Part shown: piece after piece, positions 41,957 to 52,547 of the stretch | How positions within the stretch are numbered: the first letter of the stretch is position 1 | How the letters are laid out: each line of letters starts with the position of its first letter | Origin: Sulfolobales archaeon HS-7 | Lineage (GTDB): Archaea > Thermoproteota > Thermoprotei_A > Sulfolobales > Sulfolobaceae | Length of the DNA stretch: 64,000 nt | Assembly: GCA_019704295.1 (NCBI GenBank) | Contig: AP024596.1 | Location: 512,001-576,000, forward strand | Direction: 5' to 3' | Program-made: the position numbers and the translations under genes | The notes under the pieces: model-generated | The model's database searches: none | What the model saw: only the letters and a program-made list of their open reading frames with translations | Told to the model about the DNA's origin: nothing

Positions 41957-42466
41957 TTATTGAAGTGATTCCGACATATAGAAAAAATACAAGAGTGAGG
42001 CTATAGTCTTACCGTCTTCTATTTTTCCCTCTCTTATCATAGATAGAATTTGCTCTCTTTCTAATGGGACTAATTCAATCACCTCATAATCTTCCAGAGC
42101 TTGGTCACCTTTTTCACAATTATTTGCTAAAAATACATGCATGATTTCGTTAGATATCCCGGGTGAGGGATAAAAGTCTAGTAGTTTCTTAAGGTCCGAT
42201 GATACTAATCCAGTTTCTTCCCTAAGTTCCCTTATTGCCGCCTGTTCTGGGCTTTCCCCCTCGTCTATCGTACCTGCAGGCAATTCAAAAATCCACTTCC
42301 CTATTACTGGCCTAAACTGCTTCTCCAAAACGATTTTCCCTTCAAAGTTAGCCATTATCACTACCGAACCAGGATGAGTTACTTTCTCTACTCGCTTACG
42401 CTTCCCATTAGGAAGTACGACCTCCTCAACATCAACACCGAACTTAGAACCTGAAAATACACGCAT
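41957..42466 (-). CDS. NUDIX hydrolase (ADP-ribose pyrophosphatase-like)
   Basis: ELPAG..DEGESPEQAAIRELREETG Nudix box; YPSPG. Confidence 0.93.
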   Translation of the reverse strand: MRVFSGSKFGVDVEEVVLPNGKRKRVEKVTHPGSVVIMANFEGKIVLEKQFRPVIGKWIFELPAGTIDEGESPEQAAIRELREETGLVSSDLKKLLDFYPSPGISNEIMHVFLANNCEKGDQALEDYEVIELVPLEREQILSMIREGKIEDGKTIASLLYFFYMSESLQ

Positions 42467-42518
42467 TTACTTAACTTTCGGAAGAGTGTTTTAAACTTGA
42501 TTTCCTATGATATAAGGT

Positions 42519-43058
42519 ATGATAACAAGAGATAATGATAGGCATATACCGGTTTTTATTCTTAATAATCCGTTCAGACGAATTATTGAAGATCCAAAAG
42601 AAGTCATAAAATGGGTAAAACCGGGTATGAAAGTCTTAGATGCTGGTTCTGGACCGGGTTATTACGCGGTGAGGATTGCCCGGCGTTTCCCCAATGTTGA
42701 AGTATACGCAGTTGATAGCGACCCTAACTCAATAAAAGCGTTACAGAGGATAAATCTCCCTAATCTCCATTCTTTCTTGGCTTCCGCAGCGAATATGCCT
42801 TTCATCAAAGACGAATCGATGGATTTCGTAATCAGCAAGGACGTATTATGCTGTACTGTTGATCATGAAGGAGTTGTTAGAGAGATCAGAAGAGTTTTGA
42901 AATCCTCTGGAATAGCGTATATCTCGATAAGGGTGGAAAGCCTTAGTAAAGACCCGAGGAATGTTAGTAAAAAAGAATGGGAAAGGCTACTTAGCAGTTT
43001 TAAAGTAATCGAGGCACATAATTCAAAATTCTCCTATAAGGCCATTGTAAGGAAGTGA
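42519..43058 (+). CDS. class I SAM-dependent methyltransferase
   Basis: VLDAGSGPG motif I, AVD, MPF..ESMD, RRVLKSSG. Confidence 0.9.
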   Translation: MITRDNDRHIPVFILNNPFRRIIEDPKEVIKWVKPGMKVLDAGSGPGYYAVRIARRFPNVEVYAVDSDPNSIKALQRINLPNLHSFLASAANMPFIKDESMDFVISKDVLCCTVDHEGVVREIRRVLKSSGIAYISIRVESLSKDPRNVSKKEWERLLSSFKVIEAHNSKFSYKAIVRK

Positions 43059-43606
43059 AAAGGAAAAGAATTAGCTATTATTTAGAACTTGTTCAATAGC
43101 AGTTTTCTACGTAGTAAAATCTTTGTCCAAATTAGACTAGTTTACTATGTAAAAATAAGAGTCCTGCGACCTTCCCTTACTGAATTAGTAGCGAGCTTAT
43201 GGAAAAAGGACACAATACTTTCCCAGCTTTTAGGGATTCCCGCGTATTTCGTATACAGTAATTGAAAAACTATTAATTACAGTATAGAAGTTTCAAAATA
43301 GTTAAAGATTAATTGCGTAAAATTGCAGAAGCTGAACATAAATAATCTAGCGCTAGAGAATGGACCACCAGGCTTGGTTGTTAAACTGTAATTTGTGAAT
43401 AAGATAGTATAATAAAGTAAACTAATTAGCGTAAATCCCTACCTTGTAAATGTGATAATATTCAATTAAATTCGTTATTTTTCTTTAAACAAACTAAATC
43501 CGTAAAGGAAATGTGAACGGCTCGGAGAATGTTTCAAGCAGAAAATATATATCTATATCGTGATAACATACACTTTATTTATTTTCCTTAAAAGACATGG
43601 TAGGTT

Positions 43607-44650
43607 ATGAAGGCAGTAATATTACATGGAGGACAAGGAACTAGACTGAGACCTTTAACTCACACCGGACCAAAGCAGTTAATAAAAGTGGCGGGGAAAC
43701 CAGTATCACAATGGGTTATAGAGCACCTTAGATCTGAAGGTATAAGAGATATAGTTGTCGTATTAGGTGACAATAATCCTACTCGTGTTATAGAGTATTA
43801 CGGAGATGGAAGTAAATTCGACGTCAGCATTACCTATGTTTATCAAGGTAAAGCTAGAGGACTAGCAGATGCGGTCTACAGGGTCAGAGAGGTTGTAGAC
43901 GGAAGGTTTGTCGTGTATTTAGGTGACAACTTAGTACTCCACAACATGTCTTCCTTAATCAACACTAAGGCTGCAGCTTCTGTTATGTTAGCTAAGGTGC
44001 CTAACCCCCAAAGGTTTGGAGTTGCGGTAATAAAAGGGGGGAAAATAGTTAAACTTGTGGAAAAGCCAAAGGAACCGATTTCAGATTTGGCATTAGTAGG
44101 TGTTTACTCGTTTACAGAGGAAATATTTGACGTAATAGAGACATTAAAGCCTAGCTGGAGAAATGAATTGGAGATCACTGACGCAATTCAAGGTTTAATT
44201 GATAGGGGTAGAGATGTGGAATATTCGATAGTAAATGGATGGTGGAAAGATACCGGAACTCCTGCGGATATAATTGATGCTAATATGACTCTACTGGATA
44301 GATTCTCCGCCAGAAGGATAACTGGGGAAATCGTTAACAGTAAAGTGGAAGGAAGAGTAGAGATAGGGAGTGGCTCAAAGGTTAAAAACTCGGTAATTAG
44401 AGGTCCCGCAGTTATAAGTAAGTCTTGTATAGTTGAGAACTCATTTATAGGTCCATATACCTCAATTGGAGATAACGCGAAAGTAGTAAATGCGGAGATA
44501 CAAAATTCCGTAATTCTTGATGAGGTCTCAATAAGCGATATCGCTATAACCGACTCAATTATAGGCCAAAAGTCCGTTATTGAAAGGGGAAATAATCGTC
44601 CTGTTGCTAACAGGATAGTAGTTGGTGAGAACTCGTGGATTTCCCTTTAA
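43607..44650 (+). CDS. rfbA: glucose-1-phosphate thymidylyltransferase (long form)
   Basis: GGQGTRLRPLT..PKQL, EKP, ELEITD, WWKDTG, C-terminal hexapeptide repeats. Confidence 0.93.
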   Translation: MKAVILHGGQGTRLRPLTHTGPKQLIKVAGKPVSQWVIEHLRSEGIRDIVVVLGDNNPTRVIEYYGDGSKFDVSITYVYQGKARGLADAVYRVREVVDGRFVVYLGDNLVLHNMSSLINTKAAASVMLAKVPNPQRFGVAVIKGGKIVKLVEKPKEPISDLALVGVYSFTEEIFDVIETLKPSWRNELEITDAIQGLIDRGRDVEYSIVNGWWKDTGTPADIIDANMTLLDRFSARRITGEIVNSKVEGRVEIGSGSKVKNSVIRGPAVISKSCIVENSFIGPYTSIGDNAKVVNAEIQNSVILDEVSISDIAITDSIIGQKSVIERGNNRPVANRIVVGENSWISL

Positions 44651-45576
44651 CGTTAATAATAGGAGGAGCCGGATTTATCGGGTCTTCCTTCGCTAGGTTA
44701 ATTCAAAACCCGGTGATATACGACGCATTAACCTATGCGGGTAGAAAAGAGAACTTAACTGACCTACGTCATGAATTAATAGTCGGTGACGTTGCTTCAC
44801 CCATTTTACACGAGGTAATTAAGAGTAAAAGACCTGAAATCGTAATTAACTTCGCAGCGGAAACGCATGTAGACAGGTCTATCAATAGACCTGAAAACTT
44901 CATCTCCACTAACGTATACGGAGTACTTAACGTTCTCGAAGCGTCTAGGAAATATGATTTTAAGTATATCCACATATCTACAGATGAGGTCTATGGGGAA
45001 GAGTGTGCAGACGAGGAAAGTCCTCTAAAACCGTCCTCCCCCTACGCCGCATCAAAAGCAGCTGGTGATCTCTTCGTAAAATCTTATGTAAGGACCTACG
45101 GAATTAACGCAGTAATAATAAGACCGTCAAATAATTACGGTCCGAGACAATATCCAGAGAAATTCATACCAAAGGCTATAATTAGAACTCTCTTAGATAT
45201 GGAGGTTCCAGTTTACGGTTCGGGAAACCAAGAACGAGACTGGATATATGTGGAGGACACCGCCAGAATGATTGCCGAACTAGCATTAACTGGAAAGGGA
45301 GGGGACGTGTATAACTTGCCCGGAGAAAATAGGACCACTAATTTGAAAATTCTTGATGAGATATCTTCAATTTTAGGAAGGAAGATTAAAATTAAATTCG
45401 TAAAGGATAGACCAGGTCACGATAGGAAATATTGTATGACGACAAAACTAAAATTCAACAAAACGCCACTAAGCGAGGGACTAAAGAAAACAGTAGAGTG
45501 GTATATCCGGAATAGATGGTGGTGGGAACCATTAATATCCGATGAGTTTTTCATAAAGGATGAGCCCTGGACATAA
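44635..45576 (+). CDS. rfbB: dTDP-glucose 4,6-dehydratase
   Basis: GGAGFIG, LTYAG, AAETHVDRS, STDEVYG, YAASK, NNYGP, DRPGHD. Confidence 0.95.
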   Translation: MDFPLTLIIGGAGFIGSSFARLIQNPVIYDALTYAGRKENLTDLRHELIVGDVASPILHEVIKSKRPEIVINFAAETHVDRSINRPENFISTNVYGVLNVLEASRKYDFKYIHISTDEVYGEECADEESPLKPSSPYAASKAAGDLFVKSYVRTYGINAVIIRPSNNYGPRQYPEKFIPKAIIRTLLDMEVPVYGSGNQERDWIYVEDTARMIAELALTGKGGDVYNLPGENRTTNLKILDEISSILGRKIKIKFVKDRPGHDRKYCMTTKLKFNKTPLSEGLKKTVEWYIRNRWWWEPLISDEFFIKDEPWT

Positions 45577-46378
45577 GCCTAAGACTTTCATCGATCGAAA
45601 GATCTACATCTACGTATTTCTTGACGAGCGATGTATCTAAAGATGAGTCGTAGGGTCGCTTCGCTATCAAAGACTGTATATTATCTACCTCGACCACATT
45701 GACCTTAAGGTTTAACGCTTCTCCAATTCTTTTCGCAAGTTCATACCTAGAGATCCTGTCTCCAGCTACATTTATTATGCCTGTCCTTCGTTGTTTAATA
45801 AGCTCGTATGTGGCTTGAGCTAATAATTCAGCGTGTATTGGGGAATAAAAACCCCTCAGAGCTTTAATCACCTCTCCCTTTTTTGCATTTTCAATTACCT
45901 TTACTGGAAAACCTTTATGAGAGAATACTCCTGAAGTCCTCACTATTAATGCGTCATCGTAACTAGTAGCGAAAGCGTCGCCAATAAGTTTCGAAACCCC
46001 ATAATAATTAATTGGGTTGGGAAGATCGTCCTCCTTATACATGCCTTTCTCACCATCAAAAACGTAGTCTGTGGAGAAGTGAACTAGGTAAGCCTCTATG
46101 ACCTTCGCTATTCTGACTAAATTCCTTACGAAAAAACCGTTAGTTTGCATAGCGGTTTTCTTATCAATCTCGCACCTATCGACATCGGTCATAGCGACGG
46201 CATTTATTATTACCTTTGGTCTTAATTTTAGTATGAGGTCTTCTAATAAAGGAGTATTGAGAACATCGAGTTTTAATCCACCCTCAACCTGTCCTGAACG
46301 ATAAGTGATTGCGGCTTCGGGGATTATTTTCCTTAATGAACTCCCAAGTTGCCCGCTACCTATTATCAAATATTCCAT
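45551..46378 (-). CDS. rfbD: dTDP-4-dehydrorhamnose reductase
   Basis: GSGQLG, TDVDRCE, STDYVFDG, YGVSK, RPYDSSL. Confidence 0.92.
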   Translation of the reverse strand: MEYLIIGSGQLGSSLRKIIPEAAITYRSGQVEGGLKLDVLNTPLLEDLILKLRPKVIINAVAMTDVDRCEIDKKTAMQTNGFFVRNLVRIAKVIEAYLVHFSTDYVFDGEKGMYKEDDLPNPINYYGVSKLIGDAFATSYDDALIVRTSGVFSHKGFPVKVIENAKKGEVIKALRGFYSPIHAELLAQATYELIKQRRTGIINVAGDRISRYELAKRIGEALNLKVNVVEVDNIQSLIAKRPYDSSLDTSLVKKYVDVDLSIDESLRLMSRAHPL

Positions 46379-46410
46379 ACTGTTTTAAATTCAGGTTAAT
46401 TAAAAAATAA

Positions 46411-47502
46411 TTACTTCCATTCTATCCTAACTTTTATTTCTCCAGGTTCCTTTTTTGAGAGGACGTTTAGAACGGAATCCGGGTCTTCTATCCTTACCGT
46501 TCTTGTTATTAGGCTAGACGTGATCTTAGGCCATATCGTCTTCCATGCAGCTAAGTGTAGTAAAGCCTGCTGATAATGCGGCTTTTGGCCATTAACTAGA
46601 CCTACAATAACATTTGCATTAAGGACGAAATTCTGAACATCGTTAGCGTGCATTGAGACAATTCCTGTATGGGGAAACCCAAAGAGTCCTAAAACACCGT
46701 TCCTCTTTAACATCCTGAAAGTGGGATTGAGAATTTCGGCTTCAGCACCAGTAGTGTCAATGATGAGATCGAATCCTTCTACTTTTGAGATAAGTTCATC
46801 ATATCCTCTTGAGGAATTGAAAAAATTAAGCCCAGCAGTATCCACGACAGTTTGTTCCTCAGTGTTAAGTTCTCTTCTATTCACGAACCACACGTCGAAT
46901 TGATAGCTCTTTAGAACTAGTGAGAATAAAGTGCCTATAGGACCAGTCCCTAAAATGAGCACTTTTCTGCAATCTAAAGTACCGTCATTACACGTCCAAA
47001 TTAACCTCCGTTGAACGTTTAAGATCTCCTCAACGGATTTCTCAATATCAGCCAACGGTTGAGCCAAAATAGCAATATCCTCTAATTCGTGAGGTACTTT
47101 AATAAGAAATCGTGGACTATCAAGCCAAAATTCCCTCATGAAACCATCAGCTCCTACGATTCCAGTTTCGACAAACTCACCCGTCTCACAAAAATCCGGT
47201 CTACCGGCAAGGCAGTTTATGTCCTTATTACACGGTCTCCTATTTACGGGCATAACTAAATCACCCTTTTTAAAATAGTCATTACCTTCTTCAACTACGC
47301 CCAAGGCCTCATGACCCAACACCGTTTCCTGTTTTCCTGGTGGCATTGTTATACCGATCCTCCTGCCATTCACTATCTCTCTATCAGTGCCACATACACC
47401 GTTATACAGTGCTCTTATCTTTACCTCTCCATAGTTTTCTGCGTCGTTTATCTCCTTAATTCTAGCTCCAACCTCTTTGGAAGTAACGACAATTGCTTTC
47501 AT
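46411..47502 (-). CDS. gdh: glucose 1-dehydrogenase (Zn-dependent MDR, GDH-1 type)
   Basis: GVCGTDRE, GHEALG, AQPLADIEKS, GTGPIG, GLVNGQKPH. Confidence 0.93.
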   Translation of the reverse strand: MKAIVVTSKEVGARIKEINDAENYGEVKIRALYNGVCGTDREIVNGRRIGITMPPGKQETVLGHEALGVVEEGNDYFKKGDLVMPVNRRPCNKDINCLAGRPDFCETGEFVETGIVGADGFMREFWLDSPRFLIKVPHELEDIAILAQPLADIEKSVEEILNVQRRLIWTCNDGTLDCRKVLILGTGPIGTLFSLVLKSYQFDVWFVNRRELNTEEQTVVDTAGLNFFNSSRGYDELISKVEGFDLIIDTTGAEAEILNPTFRMLKRNGVLGLFGFPHTGIVSMHANDVQNFVLNANVIVGLVNGQKPHYQQALLHLAAWKTIWPKITSSLITRTVRIEDPDSVLNVLSKKEPGEIKVRIEWK

Positions 47503-47664
47503 TAGAGTTGAACTTCTTATTTTACATAAAAACTTGTTCTCTCAACATGGCGTTAAAGAATAGGAAATTATTACCTATACTTGAATATTCTAAAGTCTTT
47601 ATTGAAACTATATTGAACCCAGTAAGGGCTATGTGGCAAAAATAATTTATATAGAATATTAGTT

Positions 47665-48339
47665 ATGAGGTATAAAATGGATTACGAAAGGAAAATAACT
47701 ATTACTGCTTTAGGTTTAATTGTTATATATTGTATCTTATCGGTTTTAGTAAAACTCTTTGGAGAACAAGGATTCCCTGGAAATATAGTAATTTTCAGAA
47801 TGATCAATAATAATCAAATATATTTACTCAACGGGTTGATGATATTTCTTAGCAAATACGGAAGAGAATACATATGGATTCCAGTCACGGCAGTTTTATT
47901 TGCATTAGGCGGAAAATATAGGAAATCCTCACTAATATTGGTAGGTGCCTTTTTACTTGCAATAGTTACAGGGGAGATCTCTAAGTTCGTGATGGCTCAA
48001 CCCAGACCTTTTCTCGTTCTACAGGGAGTTCACGTCATCGTACCTAAACCCCTAGACTATAGCTATCCATCAGGTCATGCCCTAATCGTCGGAACGGGTG
48101 CAATCGTCGTCATGCTTACTCTTCCGTATTATATTTCTTTCCCATTGACGGCTGAGGCAATCCTAGTCTCGTATTCAAGAGTGTATGTAGGTGTCCATTG
48201 GCCTGTTGATGTATTTGCGGGATGGATTTTAGGAGCAGGATTAGCGTTAGCCTCATTAAGATTATATCCTTTCATTTTAAGGATATACAAAGGCGTCTTG
48301 AGGATATTTGGACTTTCGGATAATTCTGTCCTAACTTGA
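47665..48339 (+). CDS. PAP2-family membrane phosphatase
   Basis: K..AQPRP, SYPSGH, SRVYVGVHWPVDV. Confidence 0.93.
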   Translation: MRYKMDYERKITITALGLIVIYCILSVLVKLFGEQGFPGNIVIFRMINNNQIYLLNGLMIFLSKYGREYIWIPVTAVLFALGGKYRKSSLILVGAFLLAIVTGEISKFVMAQPRPFLVLQGVHVIVPKPLDYSYPSGHALIVGTGAIVVMLTLPYYISFPLTAEAILVSYSRVYVGVHWPVDVFAGWILGAGLALASLRLYPFILRIYKGVLRIFGLSDNSVLT

Positions 48340-49126
48340 ATTCTAGTATGAGATAGTATCCAATCCGTAATTAACACGAATAATTAGATAAACTAAAAAG
48401 TTATGAAACATATTCGTCTACAATTGAGTTCGTGGACGATTCAGGTTTCCATTGCGAATTGTAATTATAGCAAAGATAGATTAAATAAAGGAAATTGTTA
48501 AGTGCGAATCTCTACCTAGTCCATACGATCGTATTCAATTAAATTCATTCCATCTTACTAAATAAAGTGAATTTGCAATGAACGCGTGAACGGCCCGAGT
48601 TCGTTTAATTACAAAAAAGATGATATTATAAAATAGATTTATTAAGTTTTGTAACATTAACAACTTAATTTTTCAAAATCTAGGCTCGAGGCGGGCTTTT
48701 ATCATGATGAGTTTAACGCTTACTGGTTGTTCTGACCTGTGAGTATTGTAATTCTATTGGATTAGCAAAGGTATTCAATCTCTCACAATCCACCCTAAGT
48801 ATTATCCACTAATTACACCTTCGCGGTATTTCCATAGCTTAAAATCCGTTTCTTTGTCTAACATTTACTGCTACAGTAGACGCTATTCCGTGAGAACGTT
48901 CAAGGTGATACGAAAGCCCTCACTTAAGCTTTTAGCAATATGTTGGTTTTGTATTTAGAATTGCTTTTATTATTAATATCCTTATCATTGAAATAAGGAT
49001 AAACTAAGCTCATCTGCTGGTAAGGATGTATTCTCTTAACCCACATTAAGGTAAATCGTTACGGTATTCCCATAGGTTGTCCAGGTCGTCAGAACTTATT
49101 AACCAAAAAGTACCTACTCTCCTAAA

Positions 49127-50218
49127 ATGTCACTAATAACACCAAACTATGAACAAAGCTTATACTCCCTTGCATGCGGTATATCAAACTTCCTTGGGGT
49201 TAAGAGAGATTGTTCTAGTATGAACATATCAGGAAATAGAATTGTGTTGGCTCTCTTGGACGGCTTTGGGTGGTCTACAATGAGGAAAGCGGGTATTGAG
49301 GTAAAGGAGGCGAGGAAAATACATACTGTTTTTCCGTCTACAACGGCAACAGTTATTTCCACACTTTTCACTGCTATGACACCTGGAGAGCACGGAATAC
49401 TTGGGTTCAATACTTACTCCATGAGATTAGGTGGAATAGTTAACGCAATGAGGTATACTTATCCTGCAGTTAAAGAGAGAGATTCGATAAAGGACTCCTT
49501 ATCCTTCTCCACCGCGTTTCCTTCTCTACAAAGTTACTTAAAAGAGGTAAACGACGTAAAGACAGCTAGCGTCATTCCAAAGGGGCTAGAGGACGTTGAG
49601 TTCACTGGTGTAACTCATGGCTATGTGAGTGAGACCAAAACTTACATTGATTTCTGGGACGCTTTTTTCAACTTAGAGCAAACGTTACAAAAGGATTTCA
49701 AATTCATTTATTTTTACATACCTGATATAGATTCTCTGTCTCATAAATACGGCCCATACTCTGAAGTGACGTTAAAGGCTACGCGAGACATCTTCGAAAA
49801 CCTGTATAATATTGCTAAAAAACACACAGAATTCACCTTTCTTATAACAGCCGATCACGGCCATATGACAACTACAGAGACCATACTGCTCGATCAAATT
49901 CCAGAACTAATAAATAAACTCGAAATTCCACCCTACGGTGATTCTAGGGCGGTCTTTCTCAGAACCCGTAACGATATTCACGATTACTTATATACCAAAT
50001 TCGATAGCATAAGAGTTTTCAAGAAAAACGAAATTCCCTCTCTTTTAGGCAAAGTTAACGACGAGAAAATACTTCCGGATTACATAATGGTGCCGACTGA
50101 CGGGAGAGCGTATATATACCTTTTCAAGGAAAAGGATGAATACTATAAATTAGTTGGTCACCACGGAGGACTAACTCCAGACGAATTTGAGATTCCCCTC
50201 ATCACCGTAAACGGATAG
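49127..50218 (+). CDS. alkaline phosphatase superfamily protein (type I phosphodiesterase/nucleotide pyrophosphatase-like)
   Basis: LDGFG, FPSTT, D..SH..GP, TADHGH, GHHG. Confidence 0.9.
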   Translation: MSLITPNYEQSLYSLACGISNFLGVKRDCSSMNISGNRIVLALLDGFGWSTMRKAGIEVKEARKIHTVFPSTTATVISTLFTAMTPGEHGILGFNTYSMRLGGIVNAMRYTYPAVKERDSIKDSLSFSTAFPSLQSYLKEVNDVKTASVIPKGLEDVEFTGVTHGYVSETKTYIDFWDAFFNLEQTLQKDFKFIYFYIPDIDSLSHKYGPYSEVTLKATRDIFENLYNIAKKHTEFTFLITADHGHMTTTETILLDQIPELINKLEIPPYGDSRAVFLRTRNDIHDYLYTKFDSIRVFKKNEIPSLLGKVNDEKILPDYIMVPTDGRAYIYLFKEKDEYYKLVGHHGGLTPDEFEIPLITVNG

Positions 50219-50229
50219 GGGATAAGCGG

Positions 50230-51282
50230 TTGCTGTGGATAGTATTTACCACTGGAAAATGTAATTTGACTTGTAGGTATTGTGGGGGATCCTTTGAGAA
50301 AGAGGTCGTACCGTACGGGACAAAATATGATCTCAGAAAACTTAAAGTCCTAATAGAGTCGGATCCCAACTCCACAGTGGTTTTCTACGGGGGAGAACCG
50401 CTAGTTAATAGGGAATTCATTTCAAACTTTACCAGGGAAATAAGGGCCAAGCGATACGGCGTCCAAACTAACGGTACCCTTGTAAGATTACTCAAGCAGG
50501 AAGTTTGGAAAAGGATGGACTTCGCATTGTTATCTATTGATGGGAGAGAGGAAACTACTGATAAGATGAGGGGTAGGGGTATCTACTCTACCGTAGTTAG
50601 AAACGCTAAATACCTAAAGGAATTGGGACTGGAATTAATAGCTCGAATGACAGTCACCGAGCATTCTGACATATATGAAGACGTTACCCACTTATTATCG
50701 TTAGGACTCTTCGACAAGATCCACTGGCAGTTGAACGTTGTGTGGACTGAGAAATGGAATGTTAAAGAGTGGTCTACAAGGAATTACATTCCAGGAATAG
50801 AGAGGTTAATGGAACTTTTCATGAAGAACCTTATGGAGGGCAGAGTACTGAAAATTATACCAATATTAGGAGTTTTAAGTTCGCATTACTTCGAAGGATA
50901 CAGGGGATCACCTTGTGGTGCAGGATACGGTTCGGTATCGATAACTCCAGACGGTAGAGTTCTTTCATGCCCTATAGCAGTTAGGGAAAAGTGGGCCGAA
51001 CTCGGTACGGTAGAGGAATTCAAACTTTATGAGGAACCTCTCCCAGAGGAGTGCAGAAATTGTAAGTTTAATAGGTATTGTGGAGGGAGATGCTACTACT
51101 CGTCACAGGAAAAATACTGGGGAGAGGAGGGTTTCCAAGATGTAGATGAGATAACGAAGAAATACCTCTGCATAGTCTTGAAGTATATTCCAGTTATTGA
51201 TGAGGCCTTGAGAAAAGGCATAATTAAAAGGGAAATGCTGTATTACGATCCTAAAGAGGATTCAACGGAAGTCGTTCCCTAG
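50230..51282 (+). CDS. radical SAM/SPASM protein, AF0577 (TIGR04084)-like family
   Basis: [28 protein letters not shown]; SPASM cysteines CGAG..C..CRNC..YCGGRC. Confidence 0.88.
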   Translation: MLWIVFTTGKCNLTCRYCGGSFEKEVVPYGTKYDLRKLKVLIESDPNSTVVFYGGEPLVNREFISNFTREIRAKRYGVQTNGTLVRLLKQEVWKRMDFALLSIDGREETTDKMRGRGIYSTVVRNAKYLKELGLELIARMTVTEHSDIYEDVTHLLSLGLFDKIHWQLNVVWTEKWNVKEWSTRNYIPGIERLMELFMKNLMEGRVLKIIPILGVLSSHYFEGYRGSPCGAGYGSVSITPDGRVLSCPIAVREKWAELGTVEEFKLYEEPLPEECRNCKFNRYCGGRCYYSSQEKYWGEEGFQDVDEITKKYLCIVLKYIPVIDEALRKGIIKREMLYYDPKEDSTEVVP

Positions 51283-51291
51283 GGGTATCCC

Positions 51292-52547
51292 TTGCTGAAT
51301 TTCGTAGCGCTAGGAATCATGATACTGGTTTACGTAATGATAGCGCTTAGAGGAGTTAGGGGTTTTGCCATCCCTCCCTGGGCCTCAATGCTAATGGGTG
51401 GAGTTCTGATGATAGCTACTTCGGTAGAGACCGTAAAACAGGCAATCCAATCAATAGATCTTAACGTTATCTTATTCCTCATATCGCTTTTCACAATATC
51501 TTCAGCACTAGAAGTCTCAGGTATACTCAGGTATATAGCAGGGGCAATAATAAGAAAGGCAAAGACTGGAAACCGACTTACTTTTCTCATAATGTTAGTT
51601 TCAGCCCTGTTATCCCTCTTCATCACTAATGATGGGGTCTCCACTACTTTCACACCTATCATAATAGAGAGTTCCAAACTTACGAAAACTGATCCTAAAC
51701 CCCTTCTTTTCTCACTAGCTTTCGGTGTAACGATAGGAAGTGTGATGATGCCTACAGGGAATCCTCAGAACCTCCTAATCGCCTTACAGTCTGGTTTGAG
51801 GACTCCTTTCATTTCCTTTGTTGAATTTCTCACCATACCTACTTTTTTAAATATTATTCTCACTTTTTACATGATTAAACTTTTCTTTAAACCTGAAGTG
51901 GTCATTAATGAAATTCCACCGTTATCAGTAAAGGATAGTTTTTAGGAGGACTTTCCGTCGCCGTTTTGCTTTTCCTCATTCCAATGTTTTTCATCACTGA
52001 GGTGATTCAGATAGGCCAATTCAATCCTGTATCCCTTTCCCTAATTGCCATGAGCGTAATCCTGCTCCTATCAAAGAGGAGAAGAGAAATTATCAAAAAC
52101 GTGGATTGGAGTACTATCGTTTTCTTCATTGGTTTATTCATATTTACCCAAGGAGTTCTATCCTCAGGAGTCATAAATCTATTAACAGATCTTTTCCCCC
52201 TCTCAGCAAGTATAGGGTATGTATTACTGATAAGCGTTCTTTACAGCCAAATCCTCAGCAACGTTCCCATGGTAGCAATATACATTCCGCTACTCAGAGG
52301 AGTACCTGGAGTGGGAACATTTACCTGGCTGGCACTAGCGGCAGGGAGCACAATAGCGGGAAATTTGACCTTGCTAGGCGCTGCGAGTAATATAATAATA
52401 TCGGAAATGTCAGAAACTAGAGATGGTCCCCCTCTTCACTTTCTGGAGTTCTCGAAATACGGGATTGCAGTTACGTTAGTTAACGTTATGATTTATTATT
52501 TATTTCTCATGCTCCCGAAAATCCCAATACATAGCTTATTACCATGA
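51292..52547 (+). pseudogene. ArsB/NhaD/CitMHS-type anion transporter split by a frameshift at 51939-51945
   Basis: first half ITND and PTGNPQN, second half SNVP and AGNLTLLGAASN; one extra T joins the frames. Confidence 0.85.

Noticed and set aside
48704-48735. ATGATGA...CTGA as a C/D-box sRNA, or the 12-codon MMSLTLTGCSDL as an rSAM precursor peptide
   Set aside because: only one box pair with 21-nt spacing and no C'/D' boxes; peptide very short with no supporting signals
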